A DNA stretch of 64,000 nucleotides. It comes from Oikopleura dioica (taxonomy: Eukaryota; Animalia; Chordata). The translations under genes and the position numbers were made by a program. Under the pieces are notes generated by a model that saw nothing but the letters and a program-made list of their open reading frames with translations, made no database searches and was not told the origin of the DNA. The stretch covers positions 620,001 through 684,000 of the forward strand of contig OU015568.1 of assembly GCA_907165135.1 (NCBI GenBank). Direction: 5' to 3'. This document shows positions 61,611 to 64,000 of the stretch, one piece after another. Each line of letters starts with the position of its first letter. The stretch's first letter is position 1.

Positions 61611-64000
61611 ATTTGCTAAAGTTTTGAAATGAAAAATAAGTAAACTTATCATTTGAAAATGATCGTTATGGTTTTTCCATTTCCGAAATCTCGGTAGATA
61701 AAGAAATGACCTGGTTTTTAAAACATCATTCAAAGGCTAGTTGAGCAATTTCTGCGTTCCTTCTATGCTTTTCTTCATGACATCATAAGCAAACGCCATG
61801 TCGTATATTGTTTGAGTACTTGGTTTACACCACATTCGCGCGTCGCATCCGAAAACACACAAGTCAAAATCTTCCTAGGCGGCGCTCGCGAGTCAATCTT
61901 CATCTCACTACCGCGCGCTGGGTACCATGAGCGATCACGAAATAAGCGTCGCTCGCGAGCGCCCTCGCCCAAATCGGCAAGCTTCGAATCTGACGATTTT
62001 CTCTTCGTCTTCTTGGCAACAATCGCTAGTCTTGAAAAAAACTTATGCAAACATAAACTTATTTGCGCTTTTTTTTATAACAACAACAAACATTTTTTAT
62101 AACCAAAATCAACTGAGAGATTTCTGAAAGAGAATTTAAGAAACACATCAAAAGCACAAGCGGCAGATAGAAAATATGAAGAAAATATCGGTTTTATTGG
62201 CCCTTTTGGGGCCGATAAATGCCCTCGTGGATTATATAAAAATATCAGGAATGGTTAAACGAGCGTAATGAAATTTTTTAAATGGAAAAAATATATTTTT
62301 TGTTGAAAAAAATTAAATTTTTGGACGTTTTTTTTTGAAAAAATAACTCAAATCTTAGCGAAATTTTTTCTGAAATTGGATTCGCCTTTTGGCCGAATCC
62401 GGAAATCTGATTGGCCCATAAAAATTTGACTTAATTTGGACTCATTTGTCGTTTTTGTCGTCGATTTTTGCCTTCTTTCCATCATTTTTGCTTTTTTTGC
62501 CCATTTTTTAAACCAAGGAATTTCTCCCGCCATCTTTTTAGACCTTCTATCATCATGTCTTCCCAGCCGCTTCCTCCTGCTCCATCCCCGTTTCCGCTGC
62601 TTCTCTGAGAAAGCTCTTACCATTCCACATATCTGTGTATAATTAGCGATTCCCTTAATCTCCCAAAAAGGAAAGAAAGGCTGTATTCTTCTCCAACGTG
62701 TGCAAATTCTCTCTGGGCCAAATGATTGACCCGCCGAGCTACTTCCGGAATGCTCTAACTGCTCCACAGCGCGTTTTGCAAAACGTTTGATAGATGTTCT
62801 GTCAGATTTCTGTCTATCTTGCAGAAATAAAACGAATCTAAGGACAGTTTGAATGAATTGTCTGAAAAGCTCCTTTATCATTTGCTCTGTCAAAATTAAG
62901 GGGGGTAGAGATCAAGAATCGGATTTGCTTGCAGTCTTTTTCTTCAATTTTTAACATAGAAACCCCCTTATTTTTTCTGCTAAAAATTAATCAAAGGCAA
63001 TTATCTATTTCCTTTTAAAGCCAAAAATTGAGATATCTTGAGCTTTCCATTTGCTACAATGCAAATCTGACGCCTTTAATTGTCGTCAAAATGAGAGTTT
63101 TTAACAAAGTGGGATAGGTCTTTGATAATATATTCTATGAAAAAAATTCTTGAAATATTGAATTTCAGCTTCAATCGAAAGTAGATGAAGGTGTAAACTT
63201 TTATTTGCCGGAGAAAAATAAGGGTGTCACTATGAAAAATTTTGGAGAGACAGCTGAAGCCAAATGGCGATTCTTGATATCTACCACCTTAATTCATGTC
63301 ATATTTGAGGATAGATTGAATCTGTTAATTTGATTGAATAAGGGTGTCACTATAGTTTTACATAGTATGTAAAAATCTGTCAAAAAAACGGTATTCAAAA
63401 TCGGTGAATCAATAGATTTCTATCAAGGTCGATAGAGTTTTGAATATGTAAGAAGCTTTCCACTGACTTTGCTCTTGAATTATTTCCCGTCTATTTAGCA
63501 TTTTCGCCGAAACTGAGCTACGGTAGTAACTGTCGCAAAATATGGTACGACGATTCGATTAATTAATCGAATTGAAACCACGACATCTTGATAGCGTATT
63601 AATTGTGTTTACAAACGATTGATAGTCGAACTTGTGGCGATGGAGTTTCAATATTTGCCGGAGAAATAAATATTTTCAACTGTTTTAGAAGATCGTTTGT
63701 TTTGACCATGAGCTTGTCCGGTCCAGCTCTGTCGTGGTTTTAAATCTGCTTTTGTTCAAATTCAAAACTATTATCAAATTATGCTCTTCTCGAATTCCGT
63801 CTTCTTTTTCTTGAAAGTACACGAAGACTTTTTCTCGTACTGATACCCTTTATTCTTCAGTTCACTGCATTTAGTAAACATTCAACAACTTTCTTCATTT
63901 TTAAGGGGTTTGCATCGAAAAACAATTTTTTCTGGAAAAAATGTAATAAATAGAATCGATTAATTATGACAATATCCTTTCTTTAGTCTGATTGGCCCAT

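Noticed and set aside
61775-63900. Small minus-strand ORFs, including a possible HMG-box at 62348-62893
   Set aside because: Frames are ambiguous and HMG core residues do not align convincingly.

Overview
Eukaryotic, AT-rich, very gene-dense DNA with mostly 30-90 nt introns, several of them non-canonical GA-AG. It also holds short TTAGGG tracts and many MITEs. The pattern best fits the appendicularian tunicate Oikopleura (inference, not database-confirmed). Single-base shifts in homopolymer runs break otherwise intact genes, e.g. the DPP-IV-like gene near 32045, so frameshifts here may be assembly errors. The dominant feature is a 10.9 kb hAT transposon (14560-25435; CAGGG TIRs, 8-bp TSD ATCATTAC). 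It encodes a BED-finger transposase and a second spliced gene with an N-terminal C2H2-like finger and a C-terminal RING-like domain. A 4.86 kb internal segment is duplicated with its junction exactly at a TIR end. Host genes: a mucin-tailed secreted protein, an EGF-repeat protein, a fused double claudin-like protein, a kinase fused to a papain-like protease domain, a PY-motif membrane protein, a DPP-IV family peptidase, a LamG-like secreted protein, a C2H2 protein and two kringle-only paralogs. One kringle intron is an Introner-like TIR element. All exon structures were assembled by eye and are provisional.
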